A stretch of DNA of 43,101 nucleotides from Gemmatimonadaceae bacterium (GCA_033763905.1 JANRJP010000032.1:1-43101); one strand, 5' to 3'. Shown: positions 1 to 9,133, counted from the first letter of the stretch. The notes: generated by a model from the letters alone, not told the origin. Numbers and translations are program-made.

Positions 1-1725
1 GTCCTCTGCCTTGAGCCGCTCAGCGATCGGCACTTCGGGCACGTCTTCGACCATCACCGACAGGATGACCACCTGCTGGTGCAACACCTTGTTGTGCTTG
101 AGGTGGTGCAGAAGCACGACCGGCACCCCGCCGGGGTCAGACGACATAAAGACGGCCGTGCCCGGCACCCGGTACGGCTTGTTGCGCCGGATGTCGTCGA
201 TGAACACATCGAGCGGCAGCGCCTGCCGCTTCATCGTCGCGGTGAGCTCGGCGCGGCCCTGCTTCCACGTGGTCATCAGCAGGAAGAGCACGCCGCCGAT
301 CGCCAACGGCACCCAGCCGCCGTCGTGAATCTTCACGACGTTCGCGCTGAAGAAGCCGAGGTCGACGATGAGGAACGCCGCGGTGATGGTAAAGGTCTGC
401 CACGCCGGCCACTTCCAGCGATCGGACATGACGCGATGGAAGAGCAGAGTCGTGATCGCCATCGTCCCCGTGACGGCAATGCCGTACGCCGCGCCGAGGG
501 CGCTGGACGAGCCGAAATACAGCACGGTCAGCACGCAGCCGATCGCCAGCGCGAAGTTCACTTCGGGGATGTAGATCTGTCCCGCCTCGAGCTTCGACGT
601 GTGGCGCACGTCCATCCGCGGCGAGTAGCCGAGCTGGATCGCCTGCTGCGTCAGCGAGAAGGCGCCCGAGATCAGCGCTTGCGACGCGGTGATGGCCGCC
701 AGGGTGGCAATGCCCACCAGCGGGTACAGGAACCAGCGCGGGGCCATCGCGAAGAAGATGTTCTCCTCGACGAGCGTCGGCTCGGCGAGGAGGCGCGCGC
801 CCTGGCCGAAGTAGTTCAGCATCAGCGCGGGCAGCACCAGCGCGAACCACGCGAGACGAATCGGGCGCCGCCCGAAGTGACCCATATCGGCATACAGCGC
901 TTCGGCGCCGGTGACGGCGAGCACCACCGCACCCAGGAGAACGAAGCCCGTCTTGGGGTTCTCGGCGAGCAGCGCGACGCCCCACCACGGGTTGATCGCG
1001 CGCAGCACGCCGGGGTTGTCGATCATCCGCCAGACGCCGAGGGCGGCGATCACGACGAACCAGGTGAGCATCACCGGGCCGAAGACCTTACCGACGCGAT
1101 CGGTCCCGTTCTTCTGCACGCTGAAAAGCGCGACGATGATGGCGATCGTCAGCGGGACGACCACGCGGCCGAACGCCGGCGAGATGGTCTCCAAGCCCTC
1201 GACGGCGCCCAGCACGGAGATCGCCGGCGTGATCACGCCATCGCCGTAGAGCAGCGCGGCGCCGATCAGGCCCAGCGCGATCATCGCCCGACGGCGACGG
1301 CTCTGCCGCTGCTTCGCCGACGTGCCCTGCAACAGCAGCGCCAGCAGGGCGAAGATGCCCCCTTCGCCGCGATTGTCGGCCCGCAGGATGAACGCGATGT
1401 ACTTGACGCTGACCGTGAAGATCAGCGCCCAGAGAATCAGCGAGAGCACGCCGTACACGTGCTCGGGGACGGGCGTGAGCCCGTACTCCGGCTTGAAGGT
1501 CTCGCGGAATGCGTAGAGCGGACTCGTCCCGATGTCGCCGTAGACGACGCCCAGGGCGGTCAGCGTGAGCACCGCGAGGCGCCGCCCCGTCGGATGCTCT
1601 TCGACGTGGTGCAGGACCTCGGGAGGAACAGGGCGCGCGCCGGTCAGGCCCGTGGTCAGTCGGGCGCTGCCGTCGGAGTCCGGAGGCTCCGATGGCGGAT
1701 TCGGCGGCGCGGAAGGCGCGCTCAT
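1..1725 (-). CDS. kup: Kup/HAK/KT family potassium uptake protein (3' end runs off window)
   Basis: Not in the ORF track because no stop lies in the window. Translation from ATG 1725 gives MSAPSAPP...LTALGVVYGDIGTSPLYAFRE...ADNRGEGGIFALLALL...YGDGVITPAISVLGAVEGL...TGAEALYADMGHFG, which are Kup signature motifs. Confidence 0.95.
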   Translation of the reverse strand, partial: MSAPSAPPNPPSEPPDSDGSARLTTGLTGARPVPPEVLHHVEEHPTGRRLAVLTLTALGVVYGDIGTSPLYAFRETFKPEYGLTPVPEHVYGVLSLILWALIFTVSVKYIAFILRADNRGEGGIFALLALLLQGTSAKQRQSRRRRAMIALGLIGAALLYGDGVITPAISVLGAVEGLETISPAFGRVVVPLTIAIIVALFSVQKNGTDRVGKVFGPVMLTWFVVIAALGVWRMIDNPGVLRAINPWWGVALLAENPKTGFVLLGAVVLAVTGAEALYADMGHFGRRPIRLAWFALVLPALMLNYFGQGARLLAEPTLVEENIFFAMAPRWFLYPLVGIATLAAITASQALISGAFSLTQQAIQLGYSPRMDVRHTSKLEAGQIYIPEVNFALAIGCVLTVLYFGSSSALGAAYGIAVTGTMAITTLLFHRVMSDRWKWPAWQTFTITAAFLIVDLGFFSANVVKIHDGGWVPLAIGGVLFLLMTTWKQGRAELTATMKRQALPLDVFIDDIRRNKPYRVPGTAVFMSSDPGGVPVVLLHHLKHNKVLHQQVVILSVMVEDVPEVPIAERLKAED

Positions 1726-1839
1726 CAGGACGGCGGGGCGCGAAGCCCCCTATGTCGATCGGGCCGCGCAACGCGAGGCCCGGAAGGTCGAGGTGCAGAG
1801 AGATCCGTACCGTCGGCGGACGCCGACCTTTGGAATGTA
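1726..1839 (-). promoter_or_regulatory. Putative -10 (TACATT, 1839-1834) and structured 5' leader of kup; candidate riboswitch
   Basis: The leader would begin at about 1828 with hairpin GUCGGC-GUCC-GCCGAC followed by GGUACGGAUC. Further stems GGGCC/GGCCC and GGGGC/GCCCC lie before the ATG. Confidence 0.5.
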
Positions 1840-1882
1840 GGAGCTGCACCGCGCCACGGCAGGGGAGGCGCCGTGACTCAGA

Positions 1883-2278
1883 TCACCGGCGGCGGTTCTG
1901 CTCGGCCGCGCGGATGCTGTCGCGCCGCGCTTCGGACTCGGCGATCAACCGATCGAACTCGGCCTGCTGTGCGGGGGACAGCAGGGTGCGTATCCGAGCG
2001 CGCGACGCGATGCGGATCGAGTCCATCGTGGGGCGCACTGGGTCCATCGCCGCGCGGGTCGCCCGGTAGCGCTCGTCGAGGATCTGGTCGAGCGCTTCGC
2101 GCTGCTCGGCCGACAGGTCGAGCCGAGTCGCCACGTAGTCGCGCATCGACCGCTGGTCGCCCCACTGGACGACCGGTTCCTTGGCGCCCAACACCCGAGT
2201 GCCGGCGAAGCCCAGGGCACCGCCGGTCAGGAGCGCCCCGAGCAGGAACAAGACCGCCATCGCGCGGCTCTTCTGCAT
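1883..2278 (-). CDS. Periplasmic helical protein, Spy/CpxP/ZraP (heavy-metal sensor)-like
   Basis: N-terminal TM/signal (VLFLLGALLTGGALGFAG) and two LTxxQ-like repeats (LDLSAEQREAL, LLSPAQQAEF). TGATG overlap with the upstream gene. Confidence 0.65.
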   Translation of the reverse strand: MQKSRAMAVLFLLGALLTGGALGFAGTRVLGAKEPVVQWGDQRSMRDYVATRLDLSAEQREALDQILDERYRATRAAMDPVRPTMDSIRIASRARIRTLLSPAQQAEFDRLIAESEARRDSIRAAEQNRRR

Positions 2279-2661
2279 CAGGGCTCCAAGAGCTGCCGAA
2301 GCGTCGCCTCACGGGCAACGTCGGAATTCATCGCGGACTGCGCCGCGGCCGCCGCCGGAACACCGATCGCATTCATCACCGCCATCCGAGACTCGCGCTG
2401 GCGCATATAGCCCTCGGCGGCGACCGCCACGAGCAACGCCGCCGCCGCCGCCACCAAGGCAGGACGTGCCCAGCGGGCCAGCACGAACGTCGGGTCGTTC
2501 GGCCGCGTCGCCGCCATCAGGATGCGCGCCTCGAGGGCGGCGAAATCTTCGGCACCGCGTGGGGGCACGAGCAGGGCACGCAGTTCGCTGGCCACGCGGG
2601 CGTCGTCATCCGGCGCTTCACGGCCCGCACCGCCTGGCACGATCGTCAGCCGCGGGTTCAT
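2278..2661 (-). CDS. Putative single-pass anti-sigma factor
   Basis: Lies directly after the ECF sigma gene (ATGA overlap). Short cytoplasmic N-terminus, one TM (PALVAAAAALLVAVAA) and a short periplasmic tail. Confidence 0.6.
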   Translation of the reverse strand: MNPRLTIVPGGAGREAPDDDARVASELRALLVPPRGAEDFAALEARILMAATRPNDPTFVLARWARPALVAAAAALLVAVAAEGYMRQRESRMAVMNAIGVPAAAAAQSAMNSDVAREATLRQLLEP

Positions 2662-3272
2662 CGCGGCCCCCGCAACGGATGCAGCAGGCGGCGCATCGCG
2701 GCGCGCGCGTGGAAGAGATCCGAGCGCGCCGTGCCTTCCGGGATGCCCAGAATCTCGCCGATTTCACCGTGCTTGTAGCCCTCGACGTCGTGCAGCACCA
2801 GCACAGCACGTTGCCGCGCCGGGAGCGTCGCCAACCCGGCCTCGAGGCGCTCGCGCAGATCCCGGTGCTCGGCCGGGTCGCGGAAGGGCGTGGCGTGCAC
2901 GTCGTGCAACTCGTCGGTGTTGCGCACCTTGCGACGCCGCGTGTTGTCGAGCGCCGCGTTCGCGACGATGCGATGCAACCACGCGCCGAACGGCTGCTCC
3001 GGACGGAACCGATCAAGCGCCCGGTAGGCGTGCAGGAACGCTTCCTGTACCACGTCCTCAGCGTCTTCGTGCGTGAGCACGATGCCTCGGGCGACGGCGT
3101 ACGCCCGCTCCTGATGTCGTCGGACCAAGAGTCCAAATGCCTCGGGACTCCCACGCTGTGCCGCCAGCACGATCGCCAGCTCGGCCGCCAGCTCCTGACT
3201 TGGCGTCAGGGGCGCGGCGGGGGCGTCGGCGCGGGAGGCGAGGGCAGGAGTCACAGGTGTCGGCGGATTCAC
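2658..3272 (-). CDS. ECF-family RNA polymerase sigma-70 factor
   Basis: Region 2 (EDAEDVVQEAFLHAY...FGAWLHRIVAN) and region 4 (LPARQRAVLVLHDVEGYKHGEIGEILGIPEGTARSDLFHAR). Confidence 0.95.
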   Translation of the reverse strand: MNPPTPVTPALASRADAPAAPLTPSQELAAELAIVLAAQRGSPEAFGLLVRRHQERAYAVARGIVLTHEDAEDVVQEAFLHAYRALDRFRPEQPFGAWLHRIVANAALDNTRRRKVRNTDELHDVHATPFRDPAEHRDLRERLEAGLATLPARQRAVLVLHDVEGYKHGEIGEILGIPEGTARSDLFHARAAMRRLLHPLRGPR

Positions 3273-3886
3273 CCCTGTAACGTGCCACCCTCGGGGGGCG
3301 TTGAGGTAGTCCCCGCCAGGCCAAGCTCGGGAGCGGCGCGCTGCAGGGCCGCGACCACGAAGGCGATGTGCTGGTCGAGGTCGACCCCGAGTTCGTCGGC
3401 GCCCTTGAGGACGTCCTCGCGTGACACCCCCCGAGCGAAGCCCTTGTCCTTCATCTTCTTGCGCACGTTGGCGGCATCCACGTCGAAGACCGACTTCGAG
3501 GGCTTCACCAGCGCCGTGGCGGTGACGAGCCCCGAGAGCTCATCGACGGCGAACAGGCACTTGGCCATCAATGTGGTACGCGGGACCCCGGTATACTCGG
3601 CGTGCCCCATCACGGCGTCGCAGACATCGTCCGGCCACCCCGCGGCGCGCAGGAAGCGCACCCCCTCGGCCGGGTGCTCCGCGTCGGCGCGACGATCGGG
3701 GTTTGGATAGCGCTCGTAATCGAAATCGTGGATGAGACCGGCGAGGCCCCATCGTTCGGGGTCTTCGCCGTAATGCACCGCGTAGGCGCGCATCGCGGCT
3801 TCGACGGTGAGCATATGCTTGCGGAGCGATTCCGACTGCGTCCAGTCGGTGACGAGTTGCCAGGCGGTGTCGCGCGTGGGCGTCAT
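3269..3886 (-). CDS. HD-superfamily metal-dependent phosphohydrolase (HDIG/COG2316-like)
   Basis: Motifs LRKHM, LIHDFDYE, EHP, GHA and LFAVDELSG. Confidence 0.85.
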   Translation of the reverse strand: MTPTRDTAWQLVTDWTQSESLRKHMLTVEAAMRAYAVHYGEDPERWGLAGLIHDFDYERYPNPDRRADAEHPAEGVRFLRAAGWPDDVCDAVMGHAEYTGVPRTTLMAKCLFAVDELSGLVTATALVKPSKSVFDVDAANVRKKMKDKGFARGVSREDVLKGADELGVDLDQHIAFVVAALQRAAPELGLAGTTSTPPEGGTLQG

Positions 3887-4065
3887 GTCGGCGTTGGAGG
3901 AGAAGACTCCTCCAACTTACGCCGCGGTTCGTCATCCATCACGGCACGCCACGCCGGCGTGTCCAGATCGTCGAACTGCCCACGTCGCGCGGCCCAACGA
4001 AAGGCCAGGACGGCGCCCAGGGCCAGCAGCATCGACGCGGGGAGGACGAGATACAGCACGCTCAT
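3883..4065 (-). CDS. ccoS: cbb3-type oxidase assembly protein CcoS/FixS
   Basis: MSVLYLVLPASMLLALGAVLAFRWAARRGQFDDLDTPA carries the GQFDD signature. ATGA overlap with the ccoI stop. Confidence 0.92.
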   Translation of the reverse strand: MSVLYLVLPASMLLALGAVLAFRWAARRGQFDDLDTPAWRAVMDDEPRRKLEESSPPTPT

Positions 4066-6518
4066 TGCGGGGTCTCCGGTGCGGGATCGAAGGTGCGTCC
4101 CCGCCACGACGTGGCAACGACGATCACGCTCGAGAGGGGCATCATCACGGCGGCGATCGCCGGGTCGACGTACCCCGCCATCGTGAAGCCGGCGCCGAGC
4201 ACGTTGTAGAGAATGCTCAGCACCACGTTGGCGCGCAGCAGCGCCATCGTACGCGCGGCGCCATCGGTCAAGCGCACCAGCGGCGCGAGGCCCGGTGTGC
4301 CCAAGTACACATCGCTCGCGGCCAGCGCCGCCTCGGCGCCGCCGTGCACTGCCACACCTACCGTGGCGCCCGCCATCGCGGCGGCGTCGTTGACGCCGTC
4401 GCCGACCATCACGACGCGCTCACCGCGGGCGATCATTGCGCGGACCGCTGCGATCTTGCGTTCGGGGTCTGCGCCGCCTTCGACGTCGGCGACCGGAATG
4501 CCGACGGCGCGCGCCGCGGCGTGTACTGCCGCTGGTGCGTCCCCCGACAGGACGCGCAACTGCCAGCCTGCCGCGCGCAGGGTGGCCAGCGAGGCGGCCG
4601 CATCGGCGCGCACGGGATCGCCGAAACGTGCTTCCGCGACCACGGCACCATCCACGGCGATCCACACCGGCGACAGACCATCGTCGACCGGGCCCGCGCC
4701 GGGCGCCGGCGGCTGCCCGACGGCGCGGTCGCTTACCCAGGACGGCCGACCGACGAGCACCCGGTGGCCCCGGACCGTGCCGGCGATGCCGGCGCCGACG
4801 GTCACGTGCACATCTGACGCGTCGGGCACATCGACCAGCGGCCACGCGCGACGGAACGCCGTCGCGAGCGGATGATTGACGTGCGCCTCCACCGCGAGCA
4901 CGAGCGGGCGTACGGCGTCGTCACCGCGCCATTCACTGAGGCCCGCCCGGCCTTCGGTGATCGTACCCGTCTTGTCGAGGACGAGCACGCCCGGCGTGCC
5001 GAGCGCCTCGAGTACGTCACCGCCCTTGATCAGGAGTCCGGCGCGCGCGGCGCGGCCGGTCGCGACACTGATCGCCAACGGCGTCGCGAGCGCCAGCGCG
5101 CAGGGACAGGTGACGATCAGCAGGGCGATCGCGTGGTCGAGCGCATTGGCGGGATCACGCGGCGCCCAGAACCACCAGGTCGCTGCGGCCAGCACGAGTA
5201 CCACCGCCGTGAACCAGCCCGCGAGCGAGTCCGCCAACTGCACGACCGGCGCCCGGCGTGCCGCACTGGCTTCGAGCTCGCGCATCAGCGCCCCGACCCG
5301 CGTCGCTTCGCCGGTCGCCGTCACGCAGACGGTCAGCGGTGCGTCGAGGTTGGCGGTGCCGGCGTACACCGTAGCGCCGACGGTGACGGTGACCGGGCGC
5401 GATTCCCCCGTGAGCAGCGCGGCATTCACGTGCGAGCGGCCGTCGGTGACCACGCCGTCGGCGGGAATGAGATCGCCGCTGCGGACGTGCACCGCCATCC
5501 CGGGCATCACGCCGACCGTTGGCATCTCGTGCACCGTGCCATCGGTGTCGATCACACGCGCCGTGGACGGCGTGAGCGATGCCTGCAACTCGGCTGCGTC
5601 TGCCGCCGCACGCTGACTGCGGTGCTGCAGCCAACGACCGGTCAGCAGCAGGAAGATCAGCGTGGCCACCCCATCGAAGTAGATCGGCCCGCTACCGGCC
5701 ACCGTGTTGACCGCGCCGCGCGCCATCCCGGCGGTGAGGGCAAGCGCGACCGGCAGATCCATATGCAGGCGCCGCAGTCGAATCGACGACCAAGCGCCGC
5801 GCAGGAACACGCGGCCCGGCCCGAGATAGGCGGGGAGCGTCAACGCCAGCGAGAGCCAACGGAACAACTGCTCGAACTCGCGTTCGATACCGCTGAACCA
5901 TCCCCCATAGGTGGCCAACGCGAGCAGCATCACGTTCATCGCGATCGCGAAGGCGACCCCGATGTTGACGAGCATCGACCGCTCCTCCGCGAGTCGCAAC
6001 GCTTCGCGATTCGCGCCGCGGAACGGATGCGGGGCGTAGCCCAACTGGTCGAGCGCGCGGGCAATCTGCGGCAGCGTGACCTCGGCGGGATCCCACGTGA
6101 TGTGGGCGAGGGCGCGTCGCACATCCAGTTCGGCGTGACGCACGCCGGGCAGAATCAGCGGCACCCGCTCGACGAGCCACACGCAGGACGCGCAGTGCAC
6201 GCCCGAGAGAAACAGCTCGGTCGATTCCAGCCCGTCGTCACGCGGTCGTACGTACAGCGCGCGGAAGCTCTCGTGCGCGTAGTCGTCGTAGGCGCGCGCG
6301 GTGACTTCCACCTTGCGATCCCGGCGCTCGGGCAGGCGATAGTACCCATCCAGTCCCGCTTGCCGAATGACGGCTGCCGCAGTGCGGCATCCCGCGCAAC
6401 AGTACTGATCGGTCGCGCCGGGCTCGACGAGGCCAGCGGGCACGGGGAGCGTACAGTGCGTGCACGCGACGGCGGTCGGGCGTGTGCCCGAGGCCGAATC
6501 AGTGGTGATGATGGCCAT
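4062..6518 (-). CDS. ccoI: Cu-translocating P1B-type ATPase CcoI/FixI
   Basis: N-terminal CTHC...CCAGC, HMA CASC, TGES, CPCALALA, DKTGT, GDGVNDA and YN/MPLSS motifs. Located in the cco operon. Confidence 0.93.
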   Translation of the reverse strand: MAIITTDSASGTRPTAVACTHCTLPVPAGLVEPGATDQYCCAGCRTAAAVIRQAGLDGYYRLPERRDRKVEVTARAYDDYAHESFRALYVRPRDDGLESTELFLSGVHCASCVWLVERVPLILPGVRHAELDVRRALAHITWDPAEVTLPQIARALDQLGYAPHPFRGANREALRLAEERSMLVNIGVAFAIAMNVMLLALATYGGWFSGIEREFEQLFRWLSLALTLPAYLGPGRVFLRGAWSSIRLRRLHMDLPVALALTAGMARGAVNTVAGSGPIYFDGVATLIFLLLTGRWLQHRSQRAAADAAELQASLTPSTARVIDTDGTVHEMPTVGVMPGMAVHVRSGDLIPADGVVTDGRSHVNAALLTGESRPVTVTVGATVYAGTANLDAPLTVCVTATGEATRVGALMRELEASAARRAPVVQLADSLAGWFTAVVLVLAAATWWFWAPRDPANALDHAIALLIVTCPCALALATPLAISVATGRAARAGLLIKGGDVLEALGTPGVLVLDKTGTITEGRAGLSEWRGDDAVRPLVLAVEAHVNHPLATAFRRAWPLVDVPDASDVHVTVGAGIAGTVRGHRVLVGRPSWVSDRAVGQPPAPGAGPVDDGLSPVWIAVDGAVVAEARFGDPVRADAAASLATLRAAGWQLRVLSGDAPAAVHAAARAVGIPVADVEGGADPERKIAAVRAMIARGERVVMVGDGVNDAAAMAGATVGVAVHGGAEAALAASDVYLGTPGLAPLVRLTDGAARTMALLRANVVLSILYNVLGAGFTMAGYVDPAIAAVMMPLSSVIVVATSWRGRTFDPAPETPQ

Positions 6519-7221
6519 CAACGGCGTCCGGCGTGGGCGAGCCCGTGGCGACTGGCACCGACGGGACGGCGTGATCGTGCGCGCTCGGCAGCGCGCGCCA
6601 CGCGAGGGACAGCAACCCGACCGTCACCAAGGCGACCGCCGAGAGTTGCGGCAAGCGCGCGCGGAGCGGGGCGCTGAGGCGTGTCGCCCCAAGCCCGAGG
6701 GTTGCGAGGGCTGGGACAGTGCCAGCCCAGAATGCGAGCATCACGGCCCCCGCGCTGACGACGCGCCCCGTGCCTGCGGCACTGACGACGAAGGCGTACA
6801 GCCAGCCGCAGGGAATGAGCGTGGTCAGCAATCCCAGCGCGGCGCCGCGCAGCGCCGGGGGACGATCGCGCAACGCGTGCAGCGCGCCGCCGAGCCAGCG
6901 TTGCGCCGGCGTCGCCACCGACGGCAGCGGTACACGAACGCCGCGCTGCTCAGCAAGCATCACCACGCCCCACACGACGATCAGCAGGCTCGCGACGATC
7001 GTCGCAGCGCGCTGGACGCCAACCCACGCGCCGCCGAGGTTCACAAGACCACCCATCGCGCCCGCGATCACGCCAAGGGTGAGATACGAGACGAGTCGGC
7101 CGGCGTGATACCACCCCGACGCACGGCCGTTGGCCAGGCACGCGAAGCTGCCGCACATCGCGGCGCAGTGCGCCGAGCCGACGAGTGACGCCACGAAGAT
7201 GGCGACAAGCAACGCGGTCAT
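6499..7221 (-). CDS. DsbD_2 / TauE-SafE-like membrane protein of cco operons
   Basis: Start MTALLVAIFVASLVGSAHCAAMCG. HCxxMCG, YHAGR and PCG motifs, multiple TMs and a His-rich C-terminus (HDH...GHHHH). Confidence 0.85.
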   Translation of the reverse strand: MTALLVAIFVASLVGSAHCAAMCGSFACLANGRASGWYHAGRLVSYLTLGVIAGAMGGLVNLGGAWVGVQRAATIVASLLIVVWGVVMLAEQRGVRVPLPSVATPAQRWLGGALHALRDRPPALRGAALGLLTTLIPCGWLYAFVVSAAGTGRVVSAGAVMLAFWAGTVPALATLGLGATRLSAPLRARLPQLSAVALVTVGLLSLAWRALPSAHDHAVPSVPVATGSPTPDAVDGHHHH

Positions 7222-7709
7222 CGCGCGGCGGTGGCGGCGGCGGCCACGTCGAGACGACGGGTGAGAACCAACCGGTCCGTCTGCCGCCAGATCTCGAGCT
7301 CCAGCTGCCAGAGGCCCGGTGCACGCAACGCGAGGGTGGCTTCGTACGCGCTGCCCACGGCGGGCGCCGACGCGCTCGCGACGGTGTTCGCGTGCGCTAG
7401 ATGGAATCCGCGCACGCGAACGGTGGCACCGGTCACCGGCTGCCCATTGCGGTCGGCGATCTGCACCACCACGCGGCCATCGCGATCCGGCACGAGCGTC
7501 GCGCGGACGTCCACCGTCCAACCGAGTCGTGCACCACGAGCCGCCACGGCCTGCTCGGCGTCCCAGTTCACGGCGTGGCGGTAGTACTGCTCGTCGTGCG
7601 CGAGCGCATCGGGCGCCGAGGCGACGCGCATCACGGCAATGTTGCCCGCGACGAAGCACAGCAGGGCGACGACGATGCCGATGGGCCAGCGGTTCGAGCG
7701 ATCAAGCAT
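7218..7709 (-). CDS. ccoH: FixH/CcoH family protein
   Basis: MLDRSNRWPIGIVVALLCF (TM) followed by DEQYYRHAVNWD and an Ig-like C-terminus (GLWQLEL). Lies between ccoG and ccoI. Confidence 0.8.
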   Translation of the reverse strand: MLDRSNRWPIGIVVALLCFVAGNIAVMRVASAPDALAHDEQYYRHAVNWDAEQAVAARGARLGWTVDVRATLVPDRDGRVVVQIADRNGQPVTGATVRVRGFHLAHANTVASASAPAVGSAYEATLALRAPGLWQLELEIWRQTDRLVLTRRLDVAAAATAAR

Positions 7710-9133
7710 CAGGGAGCAACCGGAGCGGGAGCGGAGGACGACCTGGGACCGGCGAGCCGGTACGTGAAGGACTCGCGGTAGCCCTCGCCATCGTCGATGC
7801 TGAACGTCACGGTGCGAACACCGGCCGTGAACGCCGTGGGCGGCAGCACCACGAACGTGCTGGTCATCTCGAAGCGACCGGCCTCGACGACCAGCGGATT
7901 CACCGGAGCCACGAGCCGGGCCTCGGGCACATCGGGGAGCGCAATGCGGAAGCGACGGGTCGCATCGCCGCGATTGGCGATCTTGATGCGCATCTGATTC
8001 ACCACCGAGCCATCCTGCTCGATCGTGTACGGAGCCCCGGTCGCGCCGAGCAGCGTGACGTCCGCGGTGGCCTTGGTCCCGAGCGCGAAGAGGAAGCCGC
8101 CGAAGAACAGCGAGAAGGCGGCGGGGTAGAGCACCGTACGCGGCCGGATCAGCCGACGGGCCTTCCCGTCCAGCGCATCGCGCGAGGTGTAGCGAATGAG
8201 ACCGCGGGGCTGGTGCGTCCGGTCCATCACGTCGTTGCACGCATCGAGGCACTGCGTGCAGTGGATGCACTCCATCTGCAGTCCGTTGCGGATGTCGATC
8301 CCGGTCGGGCACACCGCGACGCACTGGCCGCAGTCCACGCACGAGCCGAGCCCATCGCGCGACTTGCCCTTGCCTCGCGGTTCGCCGCGCGCCGGGTCAT
8401 AGGCCACGATCAGCGACTGCCGGTCGAGCAACGCCGACTGCCAACGGCCGTACGGACAGGCCACGAGGCAGGTCTGCTCGCGGAAGTACGCGAAGTCGAA
8501 GAACGTCGCGCCGCTGAAGATGGCCATAATGACGAACGGCGTCGGGTGCTCCAGCGGTGACAGGGTCATCCACTGCGCCAATGTGCTCGTGCCGACGAAG
8601 TACGAGAGGAAGGTGTTCCCGAGCAGGACGGCAATGACCGCATAGGTCGCGGTCTTGCCGAGACGACGCCAATGCCAGTGCGCCGCGTCGGCGTCGAGCT
8701 TGAGCGAGCCACGCTCGCCACCTTCCCAGAGCCGCTCGATCGGACGGAACAGAAACTCCATCCAGACCGTCTGCGGACAGGCCCAACCACACCACGCGCG
8801 GCCGAACAGCGCCGTGAGCAGGAAGATGCCGATCAATCCGCTGATCAGCAGCAACATCAGGAGGATGGTGTCGGTCGGCAGAAAGGTGGTGCCCAGGATC
8901 GTGAAGTGGCGGCGCGGGAAGTCGAGCAGCACCGCCTGCTTGCCGCCGACCGTCAGGTGCGGCAGCACGATCCACAGCGCCATCAAGCCCCACGCCACCG
9001 CGCGGCGCCGAACCGCGTAGGTGCCGTCCACCCACTTCGGCCGCAACCAACGCCGCGACCCGTCCTCGTTCAGCGTCGGAAGGACGCGTCCCGGCGGACG
9101 GGGGGCGAAGACCGGCGGCGTGGAAATACTCAC
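7709..9133 (-). CDS. ccoG: cbb3 oxidase accessory protein CcoG/FixG (4Fe-4S, Cu reductase family)
   Basis: GRAWCGWACPQT, CLVACPYGRWQ, CVDCGQCVAVCPTGIDIRNGLQMECIHCTQCLDAC. GTG start overlaps the ccoP stop (GTGA). Confidence 0.95.
   Translation of the reverse strand: MSISTPPVFAPRPPGRVLPTLNEDGSRRWLRPKWVDGTYAVRRRAVAWGLMALWIVLPHLTVGGKQAVLLDFPRRHFTILGTTFLPTDTILLMLLLISGLIGIFLLTALFGRAWCGWACPQTVWMEFLFRPIERLWEGGERGSLKLDADAAHWHWRRLGKTATYAVIAVLLGNTFLSYFVGTSTLAQWMTLSPLEHPTPFVIMAIFSGATFFDFAYFREQTCLVACPYGRWQSALLDRQSLIVAYDPARGEPRGKGKSRDGLGSCVDCGQCVAVCPTGIDIRNGLQMECIHCTQCLDACNDVMDRTHQPRGLIRYTSRDALDGKARRLIRPRTVLYPAAFSLFFGGFLFALGTKATADVTLLGATGAPYTIEQDGSVVNQMRIKIANRGDATRRFRIALPDVPEARLVAPVNPLVVEAGRFEMTSTFVVLPPTAFTAGVRTVTFSIDDGEGYRESFTYRLAGPRSSSAPAPVAP

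Noticed and set aside
1792..1850. GGTGCAG/CTGCACC outer stem around the kup leader hairpin
   Set aside because: One arm lies upstream of the predicted -10, so it could form only on read-through transcripts. It is not counted as part of the leader.
79..2778. 899-aa plus-strand ORF
   Set aside because: Antisense shadow of kup and the ECF cluster. It is Arg/His/Gln-rich with no motifs, as expected from high GC3 on the opposite strand.
4872..6677. 601-aa plus-strand ORF
   Set aside because: Antisense shadow of ccoI.
7218..8342. 374-aa ORF suggesting a ccoG-ccoH frameshift fusion
   Set aside because: Only the last 163 aa (ATG 7709) look like FixH. The rest is an alternative frame of intact ccoG, and no slippery site was seen.
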